The position numbers were made by a program, and so were the translations under genes. The notes under the pieces were generated by a model. It saw nothing but the letters and a program-made list of their open reading frames with translations. It ran no database searches and had not been told where the DNA came from. DNA of 64,000 nucleotides from Nitrospirota bacterium (GTDB lineage Bacteria; Nitrospirota; Thermodesulfovibrionia; SZUA-242), in the NCBI GenBank assembly GCA_016212095.1, contig JACRHH010000015.1, positions 173,702 through 237,701 of the forward strand, read 5' to 3'. Shown here piece after piece: positions 51,772 through 61,205 of the stretch (positions are counted from its first letter, which is position 1; every line of letters begins with the position of its first letter).

Positions 51772-51799
51772 AAACGGCGGACTTTTCAGGCCGCCGTTT
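51772..51799. terminator. Hairpin, probable terminator between convergent genes
   Basis: aaacggcgg-N10-ccgccgttt. Confidence 0.6.
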
Positions 51800-51905
51800 G
51801 CGTGTAATTCAGCAGCTTATGGCTTGGGGCAAAAAACCGCCCTTAACCTTGCCGGTTTCAACATCAGCAATGATTTATCTTATTCCACCCATCTCATAAT
51901 CCGGC

Positions 51906-53252
51906 TTAAGGCGCTTCTATGCCCAGCGATTTCAGTTTTCTGTGCAGATTCGAACGCTCTATGCCAAGCTCGTCGGCGGTGCGCGAGATGTTCCAGCCGT
52001 TTTCCTTCAGGCGGTTCAGGATGAAATCGTGCTCGAACGCGGAGCGGGCCTCGCGAAGATCGCTCATGGCGAAGTAGTCGGACTGGCCTTCCGGCCCGCG
52101 CGGGGCAAGCGGCAGGGCCGAAACGTCGATGGTCTCGCCGGAATGCATTATCACCAGCCGTTCCATCACGTTTTTAAGCTCCCTGATATTGCCCGGCCAG
52201 TCGTAAAAAGAAAGCGCTTCGAGCGCCTGATCCGACAGGCTCTTTGCCTTCCGGCCATATTCCACGGCGTATTTCCTGAGGAAATAATCGGCAAGAAGCG
52301 GGATATCGGAGCGCCTCTGCCGAAGCGGCGGAATGTGAATGGGAATGACGTTCAGCCTGTAATACAGGTCTTGCCTGAATGTTCCCTTGACAATCTCCTC
52401 CTCAAGATTCTTGTTCGTGGCCGATATTATCCGCACATCCGAGCGTATGGTCTTTCCGCCTCCCACGCGCTGAAACTCCTGCGTCTCGATTACCCGAAGC
52501 ACCTTCGCCTGCGTAGGCGGCGTCATGTCGCCGATCTCGTCCAGAAACAGCGTGCCTCCGTCTGCAAGCTCGAACTTGCCCCGCTTTCGCTCGAAGGCTC
52601 CGGTGAACGAGCCTTTTTCGTGCCCGAAAAGCTCAGACTCGATCAACTCCTGCGGAATGGCAGCGCAGTTGACCTCGACAAACGCCTTCGCGGCGCGAGG
52701 GCTTCCGGCGTGAAGCGAGCGGGCCACAAGCTCCTTGCCCGCGCCGGATTCGCCCAGAATAAGCACGCGTCCATTGGAGTTCGCTGCTGCCGCCACACTC
52801 GCGCGCAGTTCCTTCATCGCGGCGCTCTCGCCGATCATCTCGTCGATCCGGCTCTGCGCGGCCCGCAGGCGCGCGTTTTCCTCGATTATGCGGGCGGTTT
52901 CCAGCGCGCTTTTCACGCGATGAAGCACCTTGTCCAGAGACAGCGGCTTTTCCATGAAATCCACCGAGCCTATCTTCGTGGCCTTCACGGCCATCTCGAT
53001 GTTGGCGTGGCCCGAAATCATTATCACCGGCGCTGTCGAAACCTCGCGAATACGCGCAAGCGTGTCGAGGCCGTCCATGCCCGGCAGCCAGACGTCGAGC
53101 ATCACCAGATCGGGCTGATGGGCCGCGATGCGCTCAAGCGCCTCCTCGCCGGAGGACGCCATCGAGGTTTCGTATCCGTCATCCTGAAGAATGTCGGCAA
53201 GCGTCTGCCTTATGCCAAGTTCGTCGTCAACAACAAGTATATGTTCGCGCAT
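51906..53252 (-). CDS. ntrX: Sigma54-dependent response regulator NtrX
   Basis: LDVWLPGMDG receiver, GESGAGKE, GSFTGA, LGIERSNLHRK HTH; follows the ntrY-like kinase. Confidence 0.9.
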   Translation of the reverse strand: MREHILVVDDELGIRQTLADILQDDGYETSMASSGEEALERIAAHQPDLVMLDVWLPGMDGLDTLARIREVSTAPVIMISGHANIEMAVKATKIGSVDFMEKPLSLDKVLHRVKSALETARIIEENARLRAAQSRIDEMIGESAAMKELRASVAAAANSNGRVLILGESGAGKELVARSLHAGSPRAAKAFVEVNCAAIPQELIESELFGHEKGSFTGAFERKRGKFELADGGTLFLDEIGDMTPPTQAKVLRVIETQEFQRVGGGKTIRSDVRIISATNKNLEEEIVKGTFRQDLYYRLNVIPIHIPPLRQRRSDIPLLADYFLRKYAVEYGRKAKSLSDQALEALSFYDWPGNIRELKNVMERLVIMHSGETIDVSALPLAPRGPEGQSDYFAMSDLREARSAFEHDFILNRLKENGWNISRTADELGIERSNLHRKLKSLGIEAP

Positions 53253-53288
53253 CGGCGTCCCTCATGGCTGTTCACTAAAGATAAAAAA

Positions 53289-55388
53289 TCATACATGCCT
53301 TGCTGCCGGAAGCTCAATGACAAAACGCGCGCCGGGCGAGTTGTCTTCCGCCCTGATGCTTCCGCCGTGATCCGACACTATTTTATTCACTATTGCAAGA
53401 CCGAGTCCGGTTCCGGTTTTCTTTGTCGAGAAATGCGGCAGAAACAGCCTGTCGCGGTCTTCGGGCCGTATGCCCGGCCCATTGTCGGCCACGATCAGGC
53501 GAAGAACCGCTGTGGCGGGATCAAAATCAACGGCGATTTCCACCCTCCCGGCCTGCCTGCCCGGTTGCCCGTCCGGATGATCATCCGGTTGAACCTCCGG
53601 TTGGTTAACCGCCTCAACCGCGTTATCCATCAGGTTTATCAGGGCGCGCTTTATCTGTTCCCGATCCAGCCGGAATGGCGGAATTCCGTCGGCGGCGCGG
53701 ACTTCCAGCGAAATATCCCTGAATCCGTGGTACAGCCCGGATACCTCTTCAACAAGCGCCGCAGGATCGGTTTCGGCAATGTGGAGATCGGGCAGCTTTC
53801 CAAAACGCGAGAACTCGTTTACCAGATTGCGAAGCGAATCCACCTCGCGGGTTATTGTGCTCATCGACGACTCGATCACGCTGCCCACATCCGGAGAGTT
53901 TTCGCGGTGTTTTTTCAGCAGGCGTTCGGCTGCAAGTTTTATCGGCGTGAGCGGATTTTTAATCTCGTGGGCCATGCGCCTCGCCACTTCCTGCCACGCG
54001 TATGCGCGCTGCGCCTTGATAACCTCGGTCAGATCGTCGAAGACCACAAGTACGCCGGTGATCTCTCCGTCGGCGTCCTTCAGGTTCGAAAGGAATATCC
54101 TGAGAGTTGCGGGCATTCCCTTTATCTGGGCTTTCAATTCCCAGTTGCGCCCGCTGAAGTCACGATGGCGAAGGTTTTTCAGAATCGACACCAGCTCCTC
54201 AGACTCAACGTTGCGCAGAATTTCTCGCGACGTGAGCCCCGCAAGATCGCTCGGCTCGATGCAGAGAATCGCACATGCCGCGTTGTTTATCCGCATGACC
54301 TGCCCGGCGCGGTCGAGCAGGATAACGCCGGTGTTTATGTTGCTCATTATGCCCTCAAGCACCAGCCGCCGGTTATCGACCTCGGCATATGCCTGCCTGA
54401 GGCGCTGTTGGCTGGTCTCGATTTCGCCGACCATGCTGTTGAAGGCGTTGGTGAGCGCGCATATCTCGTCCTCGCCCAAAGCCGTGATGCGCGTTTTGAA
54501 GTCGCCGTCGGACACTCGCCGCGTTCCCTCCACAAGCGCCTGAATCGGCCCGGTTATGCGCGCGCCCACGCGAAGAGCCGCCCACAGGGCCATGAATATG
54601 GTGAGCATTGTGACAAGCGCCAGAAAAAGAAAATAGCCGGTCTTGATCGGAGCCTTGATCGACTCCACGGTCTTGTAGTCCTCGAACGCGGTGCGCACTG
54701 TGCGGATGTCCCTGACTATGCTTGCGGGCAGCCTCGATTCCACGATTACCACGCCTTTATCGGGCGTTGGAGCCGCCGCGCGGACGATGTCGGTGTCGCC
54801 GTCGGACAGGACATCGGTGTCGGCGCGGCCCGCGAATGCGTTGCTTGTCAATGCGTCAGCGTCGGCAGCCTGTCCGTCTGCCGGAATGATCTTTATAACA
54901 AGCCCGTCATCCGCATATCCATTCCGGTCGATCCCGCCTTGGCGCGCTATCTCGGCGGCGGCATCCAGCGCGCGCCTTGCCTCCATCTCGTACACCTTCG
55001 AGGCCAGTTCCACTGAGCTTGTGATGGGAGCCTTCACCTGCATCGAAAACCAGCGTTCAACCACGCCGGTAACTATCCAGCTTGTCAGCACAAACAGCAC
55101 CACGCCCGGCGCGGTGACAAGAACCACGAAGATGCCGACAAGCTTTGTCTTGAACATGTGGCCGGGCGCGCCGGTCCTGTGCTCGCGCCACAGGCCCGCA
55201 AGCGTGCTGCCAACCATGTATACAAGCGTGGAGAGCGCAAGCACGGCTGAATTGATAAACAGAAACAGGGCGGCGCGGACAAACAATGTTTTTCCGCCTA
55301 GGCCCAGATAGCGGATTTCAAGCCAGGTTGCAGCCGCCACCAGCATCACAGCCGCTATGATGAAGCCGGGCAGGCGGACAAGCTTCAT
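53289..55388 (-). CDS. ntrY: Sensor histidine kinase NtrY
   Basis: Multi-TM N-terminus, HAMP, PAS, AQR..AWQEVARRMAHEIKNPLTPI, HATPase. Confidence 0.92.
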   Translation of the reverse strand: MKLVRLPGFIIAAVMLVAAATWLEIRYLGLGGKTLFVRAALFLFINSAVLALSTLVYMVGSTLAGLWREHRTGAPGHMFKTKLVGIFVVLVTAPGVVLFVLTSWIVTGVVERWFSMQVKAPITSSVELASKVYEMEARRALDAAAEIARQGGIDRNGYADDGLVIKIIPADGQAADADALTSNAFAGRADTDVLSDGDTDIVRAAAPTPDKGVVIVESRLPASIVRDIRTVRTAFEDYKTVESIKAPIKTGYFLFLALVTMLTIFMALWAALRVGARITGPIQALVEGTRRVSDGDFKTRITALGEDEICALTNAFNSMVGEIETSQQRLRQAYAEVDNRRLVLEGIMSNINTGVILLDRAGQVMRINNAACAILCIEPSDLAGLTSREILRNVESEELVSILKNLRHRDFSGRNWELKAQIKGMPATLRIFLSNLKDADGEITGVLVVFDDLTEVIKAQRAYAWQEVARRMAHEIKNPLTPIKLAAERLLKKHRENSPDVGSVIESSMSTITREVDSLRNLVNEFSRFGKLPDLHIAETDPAALVEEVSGLYHGFRDISLEVRAADGIPPFRLDREQIKRALINLMDNAVEAVNQPEVQPDDHPDGQPGRQAGRVEIAVDFDPATAVLRLIVADNGPGIRPEDRDRLFLPHFSTKKTGTGLGLAIVNKIVSDHGGSIRAEDNSPGARFVIELPAARHV

Positions 55389-55939
55389 TTGTTCAATGGA
55401 AACGCCGGGCTCACGGCTTCAGCCGAGAACTCTATCTCCGGCATGAAAAACAATAACGCCTTGAAAACAAGCGGGATTTCCGGCCTCCGAGACTCGGCCC
55501 TCACTCGCACGTAATACGTGCCGCGCTGAACATCTCCCACAACAGCGGCGTGCGCGCCTTTTATTGTTGTAAGCCACTCCACCGCCTCGCGGAAATCCTT
55601 CGCGGTCTTTTCGCGCACATAGCGCTCCTCAACCGATTTCAGGCTGTACTGCTTCGTGGTCACATCGAACTTGATGGTGCGGATGATGGTTTCGCCCGAA
55701 ACGTATTCGTCCATCCATTTGTTCCATTGGCGCATAAGGTCGGCATGGTATTCGATCCTTTTTTCGATGCCGTTGTTGATGTCGGCAATAAACGAATCGG
55801 GCAGGTGCTCAAGCCGCGCATCAACCAGCATACGGCCATCCTCTATCCTGTATGATGGCGCTGAAAATTCCTGCGCGGCAGCCGTAAAGGCGGAAACCAG
55901 CAGAATACACGCAGCTATTAAGGAAATCCGTCCGGACAT
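55385..55939 (-). CDS. DUF4390-like exported protein
   Basis: Signal peptide; usual position upstream of ntrY; ATGA overlap with ntrY; start moved to ATG 55939. Confidence 0.75.
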   Translation of the reverse strand: MSGRISLIAACILLVSAFTAAAQEFSAPSYRIEDGRMLVDARLEHLPDSFIADINNGIEKRIEYHADLMRQWNKWMDEYVSGETIIRTIKFDVTTKQYSLKSVEERYVREKTAKDFREAVEWLTTIKGAHAAVVGDVQRGTYYVRVRAESRRPEIPLVFKALLFFMPEIEFSAEAVSPAFPLNK

Positions 55940-55945
55940 CAGACC

Positions 55946-55975
55946 AGCATACGGAGAGGCGGAAGCGGGTGTCAA
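55946..55975 (-). promoter_or_regulatory. Sigma70 promoter of DUF4390-ntrYX
   Basis: TTGACA-18-TATGCT, then 6 nt to ATG. Confidence 0.65.
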
Positions 55976-55986
55976 GGCATTTAGGT

Positions 55987-56027
55987 TTAGAATCATTCTT
56001 GACAAATAATCATTCCAATGATAAGCT
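55987..56027 (+). promoter_or_regulatory. Two Per boxes overlapping the perR promoter
   Basis: TTAGAATCATTCTTG (55987-56001) and AAATAATCATTCCAA (56004-56018) resemble TTATAATnATTATAA; promoter TTGACA-17-TAAGCT with TG extension. Confidence 0.75.
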
Positions 56028-56033
56028 TCAACC

Positions 56034-56462
56034 ATGATTACGGAATTCACGAAAACGGTATCCGGTTCGGGGGTAAAGCTTACGCCGCAGCGCATGGCGA
56101 TTCTTGACTGCCTGAACGGAAACGAGAGCCATCCCTCAGCCGAGGAGATATTCAGGCATGTGTCGCAAACTTATCCGATGATGTCGTTTGCGACTGTTTA
56201 CAACACGCTTTCGATGCTAAGGGACAAGGGATTGGTGCTTGAGCTTACGATCGATCCGGCAAGAAAACGCTACGATCCGAACGTGAAGCTTCATCATCAT
56301 GTCATATGCCTTGGCTGCGGGAAAATCGCCGATGTTCACGCCGAATACGAGCTGGACGTTCCGGCTGACATTGCCGAAGCCTTCGTGATGTCCGGCAATC
56401 ATGTGGAATTTTACGGAACATGCCGCGCCTGCGGAAACGCGGCGCAACTGAAAGGAGAATAA
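56034..56462 (+). CDS. perR: Fur-family peroxide sensor PerR
   Basis: TPQR, HPSAEEI, ATVYNTL (Asn), RYD, HHH, CLGC...D (Asp ligand typical of PerR), CRAC. Confidence 0.85.
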   Translation: MITEFTKTVSGSGVKLTPQRMAILDCLNGNESHPSAEEIFRHVSQTYPMMSFATVYNTLSMLRDKGLVLELTIDPARKRYDPNVKLHHHVICLGCGKIADVHAEYELDVPADIAEAFVMSGNHVEFYGTCRACGNAAQLKGE

Positions 56463-56466
56463 GAAA

Positions 56467-56904
56467 ATGTGTACATCAAATACAAAAACATGCGCCTGCG
56501 GATCGGCAAGCGCCGATTTTGCTTACAGGGACGATGTGATGCCTGACAGCGTGGTGGAAAAACTCTTCTGCCCGCGATGCTCATCGGGCGCGGAATTCGA
56601 TTCCGGATCAATGATTCGCGACAACGGATGGGTTATAAAATACGACATGGACGTGGCAACGTTCAGCGCAAGCAGGGTGACAAGGAAGGAAGTCACGCCG
56701 GAATGGCTTTTCGACGAGGGCTACTGCACATGGCAGGGCGTGCATCCGGGCGACATGGCGGAATCGGCGCGCGAGCGTGAAGAACTGATACAGCTCTCGG
56801 CGATCAATCCGCGCAAGTATTTCGAGGAATTCCGCAAGTGGGGCATCCATCGGATGGAGAGGCTTGCACGGGAAGGATGGAGGAAAGCCAATGTCGCAGC
56901 CTAG
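56467..56904 (+). CDS. Hypothetical Cys-rich protein
   Basis: SD aaggag; CACG...FCPRC...DNGW...GYCTWQG; 4 nt after perR. Confidence 0.8.
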   Translation: MCTSNTKTCACGSASADFAYRDDVMPDSVVEKLFCPRCSSGAEFDSGSMIRDNGWVIKYDMDVATFSASRVTRKEVTPEWLFDEGYCTWQGVHPGDMAESAREREELIQLSAINPRKYFEEFRKWGIHRMERLAREGWRKANVAA

Positions 56905-57061
56905 CGTATTCAAGGAAAAAAGCCCGTGCAGCACACGCACAGCCGCAGCCCCGGAAATGGTTGAGTGTCCGGTCTGCGGCGAGAAGGTTGAGATATGGTC
57001 GGACGAGGAGGAGGCAACATGTCCGGAATGCGGAATAACGGTGACGCGTCAGGCTCGGTAG
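56891..57061 (+). CDS. Small zinc-ribbon / rubredoxin-like protein (56 aa)
   Basis: SD ggagg; CPVCGEKVEIWSDEEEATCPECG. Confidence 0.8.
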   Translation: MSQPSVFKEKSPCSTRTAAAPEMVECPVCGEKVEIWSDEEEATCPECGITVTRQAR

Positions 57062-57065
57062 CGCC

Positions 57066-57533
57066 ATGAAAAACATGCCGGCAATTGCGTATCATTTTCT
57101 GCTTGCCATGTGGGTGGGCGGAGTTGCGGTCTTCACGTTTCTGGTCACGCCCGCCGTGTTCCGGTCGTTCGACAGGGACATGGCGGGTCGCGTGGTCGGC
57201 GCGGTGTTCCCCGGCTATTTCACGTTTCTGCTGGCAGTATCGCTGGCGGCGGCAGCGGTTTACGCGCTTTCATCCGCCACAGGCGCAAGCCGCCGCACGG
57301 TTGTTGCAATGCTACTGGCCGCAATCGCAATGGCTGCTTACCTGAAATTCTCGCTCTACCCGGAGATCGTTGCGGTGAAAAAGAGCGTTGCGTCATTTGT
57401 AACAACGCCGCCCGATTCACCGGAGCGCGCCCGGTTCATGCGGCTTCATGCCGCAAGCTCGGTTATTAACCTGCTTTTTCTGGCAGACGGCGCGGTTCTT
57501 CTGGTTCTTGCGGCAGGCGGAAGGATTCGCTGA
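57066..57533 (+). CDS. DUF4149 family membrane protein
   Basis: W.GG...FTF.V.P.VF...R..AG..VG..FP.YF and F.RLH..S...N motifs. Confidence 0.85.
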   Translation: MKNMPAIAYHFLLAMWVGGVAVFTFLVTPAVFRSFDRDMAGRVVGAVFPGYFTFLLAVSLAAAAVYALSSATGASRRTVVAMLLAAIAMAAYLKFSLYPEIVAVKKSVASFVTTPPDSPERARFMRLHAASSVINLLFLADGAVLLVLAAGGRIR

Positions 57534-57617
57534 AAATCCGTGACATATTGCCTTTACGGCCGGTTTGAACGATCATATGACAACCGCATCGCATAATAGC
57601 ATTCAAGGAGGAATTTT

Positions 57618-58835
57618 ATGAAACCTGTTGAATTGACGGAGGGCGTCTACTGGGTTGGGGCGGTTGACTGGGCTGTGCGCGATTTTCACGGATACGAAAC
57701 AACGCGCGGCACAACCTATAACAACTACCTGATCATGGACGACGAGCCAACGCTTGTGGATACGGTGAAATACGATTTCGCGGATGTCAGCATCCGGCAT
57801 ATCCGCAACATCATGGATCCGGCCAGCATACGGCACGTTGTCATTAATCATATTGAAAACGACCACGCAACCGGCATCGACAAGGTCATGGCGCTCTGCC
57901 CCGGCGCAACGATTTACATAACAGACAAGGGGCTGAAAGGCCTGTCGCGCTTCTTCGATCTATCAGCATGGAAGGTGCGCGTGGTGAAGTCCGGCGACAC
58001 GCTGAACATCGGCAGGCGCACTCTGCGGTTTGTGGAAACGCCGATGCTTCACTGGCCCGATTCCATGATGACATGGGTGGAAAACGACCGGATACTATTT
58101 AGCCAGGACGCCTTCGGCCAGCATATCGCATCAGCGGCGCGGTTCGACGACGAGATCGCCACCTGCGAATCGATGGCGATGCTCGATAATGCGGTCATCG
58201 ATTACTACGCCAACATACTCATGCCGTTTGGAAATATCATCAAGTCCAAGATAGCCGAGATCGTATCGCTCGGAATCGATCCGGCAATCATCGCGCCTGA
58301 TCACGGAATAATCTGGCGTTCGCATCCGGGCAGGGTTCTTCAGTCTTATCTCGACATGGCAAACGGCAAGGCCGATCTTCGCGTGGCGATAATCTACGAC
58401 ACGATGTGGCACAGCACCGAGGAGATGGCCCGGTTCATCGCGCAGGGCATCAAGGATGAAGGCGTGGACGCCGCCATTATCAAGCTTCGCGCAACACCGA
58501 TGAGCGCGGCGATAACCGAATTCTGGAAATCGCGCGGCTGCCTTATCGGAAGCCCCACGCTCAACAACATCATGTTCCCCACAGTTGCCGAGTTCATGAC
58601 GCATGTACGGGGGTTGCGTCCCAAAAACCGTCTGGTGGGCGCGTTTGGCAGCTACGGATGGGGCGGCGGCGCCGTGAAGGACGCATACGAGGAGTTCAAG
58701 CGCATGAGACTCGACATGCACGAGCCGGGATTGCAGGTTTTGTACAAGCCGTCAGCCGGGGACGAGGCCGCTTGCTACGAATTCGGCAAGGCGTTCGCCG
58801 CCCGCGTGAAGGAATATCACACGCAGTTTTCGTAA
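57618..58835 (+). CDS. fprA: Flavodiiron protein (O2/NO reductase, class A)
   Basis: GTTYNNYLI, NHIENDH, LHWPDSM, DAFGQH, PDHG, flavodoxin YDTMWHSTE, FGSYGWGG. Confidence 0.96.
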   Translation: MKPVELTEGVYWVGAVDWAVRDFHGYETTRGTTYNNYLIMDDEPTLVDTVKYDFADVSIRHIRNIMDPASIRHVVINHIENDHATGIDKVMALCPGATIYITDKGLKGLSRFFDLSAWKVRVVKSGDTLNIGRRTLRFVETPMLHWPDSMMTWVENDRILFSQDAFGQHIASAARFDDEIATCESMAMLDNAVIDYYANILMPFGNIIKSKIAEIVSLGIDPAIIAPDHGIIWRSHPGRVLQSYLDMANGKADLRVAIIYDTMWHSTEEMARFIAQGIKDEGVDAAIIKLRATPMSAAITEFWKSRGCLIGSPTLNNIMFPTVAEFMTHVRGLRPKNRLVGAFGSYGWGGGAVKDAYEEFKRMRLDMHEPGLQVLYKPSAGDEAACYEFGKAFAARVKEYHTQFS

Positions 58836-58856
58836 AGATTTCAGCCGTCAGCGCGC

Positions 58857-58890
58857 AAGCGCCTTCACTTGAAGGCGCTTATTCGTTTTT
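58857..58890 (+). terminator. Intrinsic terminator after fprA
   Basis: aagcgccttca-ct-tgaaggcgctt followed by attcgttttt. Confidence 0.75.
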
Positions 58891-59006
58891 GTTGGTCGCA
58901 CATGGCGCAAAGCCCGCTCACGATAATACGATTGCGCTTGTGATAATATACCCGATTATTTTTTGCGGCCCGGCTGAACCAAACCGCGCCGCTTCCGGAG
59001 GATTAC

Positions 59007-60071
59007 ATGAGCAAGACATACAATATCGCCGTTGTTCCTGGCGACGGAACCGGCCCGGAGGTTGTGGCCGAGGGGCTTAAGGTTCTCGACGCCGCGTCAA
59101 AGAAATTCGGTTTCAACTGCAATCTCACGCATTTCGACTTCGGCGGCGACCGCTACCTGCGCACCGGCGAGGTTCTGCCCGACAGCGCAACCGACGAGCT
59201 TCGCAAGTTCGACGCCATTTTTCTCGGCGCGATCGGCCACCCCGACGTAAAGCCGGGCATTCTCGAAAAGGGCATTCTGCTTCGCCTTCGCTTCGAACTC
59301 GACCAGTATATAAACCTGCGCCCGGTGAAGCTCTATCCCGGCGTTGACTGCCCGCTCAAAGGCAAGGGGCCGGAGCATATCGACTTCACCGTCATTCGCG
59401 AAAACACCGAAGGCATCTACGCGGGAGCGGGCGGCTTCCTGAAAAAAGGCACGCCAGACGAAGTGGCCACGCAGGAGTCCATAAACACCCGCAAAGGCGT
59501 TGACCGCTGCCTGAAATACGCCTTCGAGTACACGATGAAAAAGAGCCGCGAGAAGAAACTCACGCTCTGCGGCAAGACAAACGTGCTCACGTTCGCCTTC
59601 GACCTCTGGCAGCGCGCCTTCAACGAGATGGCGAAATCGTATCCGGGCGTGAAAACCGATTACGCGCATGTTGACGCGATCACCATGTGGTTTGTGAAAA
59701 ACCCCGAATGGTTCGACGTTATCGTGACCGACAACATGTTCGGCGACATCATCACCGATCTGGGCGCGATGATTCAGGGCGGCATGGGCATTGCGGCTGG
59801 CGGCAACATCAACCCCGAAGGAGTCTCGATGTTCGAGCCGATCGGCGGCTCCGCCCCGAAGTACAAAGGCCAGAACATCATCAATCCGCTTGCCGCTATA
59901 TGCGCCGCCGGAATGATGCTCGATCATCTGGGCGAGGAAGCCGCCGCGAAGAAGATCGAAGCGTCCGTCATGGACATCACCGGCACGAAGATCAAGAGCC
60001 TCGCCGCCGGAAAGATGGGATTCAGCACCACCGAGGTAGGCGACATGGTTGCCTCGATGGTGGCAGTTTAG
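59007..60071 (+). CDS. leuB: 3-isopropylmalate dehydrogenase
   Basis: [43 protein letters not shown]; upstream of asd. Confidence 0.92.
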   Translation: MSKTYNIAVVPGDGTGPEVVAEGLKVLDAASKKFGFNCNLTHFDFGGDRYLRTGEVLPDSATDELRKFDAIFLGAIGHPDVKPGILEKGILLRLRFELDQYINLRPVKLYPGVDCPLKGKGPEHIDFTVIRENTEGIYAGAGGFLKKGTPDEVATQESINTRKGVDRCLKYAFEYTMKKSREKKLTLCGKTNVLTFAFDLWQRAFNEMAKSYPGVKTDYAHVDAITMWFVKNPEWFDVIVTDNMFGDIITDLGAMIQGGMGIAAGGNINPEGVSMFEPIGGSAPKYKGQNIINPLAAICAAGMMLDHLGEEAAAKKIEASVMDITGTKIKSLAAGKMGFSTTEVGDMVASMVAV

Positions 60072-60096
60072 ATATGCATATTAAGGAGCAAACGCC

Positions 60097-61116
60097 ATGC
60101 TTAAGAAGAAAAACGAATACGTTGTAGCGGTCGTCGGCGCAACCGGCGCTGTGGGCAGCGAGATGATCGCCACGCTGGAACGTCGCAATTTCCCGGTCGG
60201 CAAGCTCAGGCTTTTCGCCTCCGAGCGCTCGGAGGGCAAGGAGCTTGAATTCCACGGCAAGGCGGTGAAGGTGGAGGTTCTCAAAGAGGACGTTTTCGCC
60301 GGAATCGACATCGCGCTTTTTTCGGCGGGCGGCGAGCGATCCAAAACCTTCGCGCCTCACGCGGCCAGGGCCGGATGCGTCGTGATCGACAACTCTGCCC
60401 AGTGGCGCATGGATCCGGAAGTTCCGCTTGTCGTGCCTGAGGTGAACCCGCACGATCTCAAGTGGCACAAGGGCATAATCGCAAACCCCAACTGCTCCAC
60501 CATCCAGATGGTTGTGGTGCTCAAACCGCTTCACGACGCCGCGAAGATCAAGCGCGTTGTCGTCACCACGTTCCAGTCCGTTTCCGGAACCGGCATGAAG
60601 GCGATGGAGGAGCTGGCCACCCAGACAGCCGAGGTGTTGAACATGAAGCCGGTTACGCTCAAGGTATATCCGCACCAGATCGCGTTTAACTGCCTGCCGC
60701 AGATCGACGTATTCCTGCCCAACGGCTACACCAAGGAAGAGATGAAGATGATCAACGAGACGACGAAGATCATGGGCGACGACACAATCCGCGTAACCGC
60801 AACCACGGTTCGCGTGCCGGTGTTCCGCTGCCATTCCGAGAGCCTCAACATCGAAACCGAGAAGGAGATCGCCCCGAACGAGGTTCGCGAGGTGCTTGCG
60901 GGCGCGCCCGGAATCGTGGTTTTCGATGCGCCCGAAAAGAGCGTCTACCCGCTTGCGATAGACGTCGCGGGCAAGGACGACACCTACGTTGGCCGAATCC
61001 GGAAGGACGAGTCGATCGATTGCGGCATAAACATGTGGATCGTTGCCGACAACCTCTTGAAGGGCGCGGCCCTGAACGCCGTGCAGATAGCCGAAAAGCT
61101 TGTCGAGATGGCATAA
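60097..61116 (+). CDS. asd: Aspartate-semialdehyde dehydrogenase
   Basis: VVGATGAVG, IIANPNCSTIQ, QSVSGTG, DNLLKGAALN. Confidence 0.98.
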   Translation: MLKKKNEYVVAVVGATGAVGSEMIATLERRNFPVGKLRLFASERSEGKELEFHGKAVKVEVLKEDVFAGIDIALFSAGGERSKTFAPHAARAGCVVIDNSAQWRMDPEVPLVVPEVNPHDLKWHKGIIANPNCSTIQMVVVLKPLHDAAKIKRVVVTTFQSVSGTGMKAMEELATQTAEVLNMKPVTLKVYPHQIAFNCLPQIDVFLPNGYTKEEMKMINETTKIMGDDTIRVTATTVRVPVFRCHSESLNIETEKEIAPNEVREVLAGAPGIVVFDAPEKSVYPLAIDVAGKDDTYVGRIRKDESIDCGINMWIVADNLLKGAALNAVQIAEKLVEMA

Positions 61117-61150
61117 ACAGAGGGTATAAGCCCTCCGCACCTCCATTCTT

Positions 61151-61201
61151 CTCCCCTCTCCTTCAGGAGAGGGGCCGGGGGTGAGGCAGGAGAGGGGCCG
61201 G
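61151..61201. repeat. REP-like hairpin with a 15-bp direct repeat
   Basis: Stem cccctctcct-tc-aggagagggg, then ccgggggtgagg; caggagaggggccgg occurs at 61164 and 61187. Confidence 0.65.
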
Positions 61202-61205
61202 TAAG

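Noticed and set aside
51942-55016. 1024-aa plus-strand ORF
   Set aside because: Antisense shadow of ntrX/ntrY, typical of high-GC codon bias; no motifs or SD.
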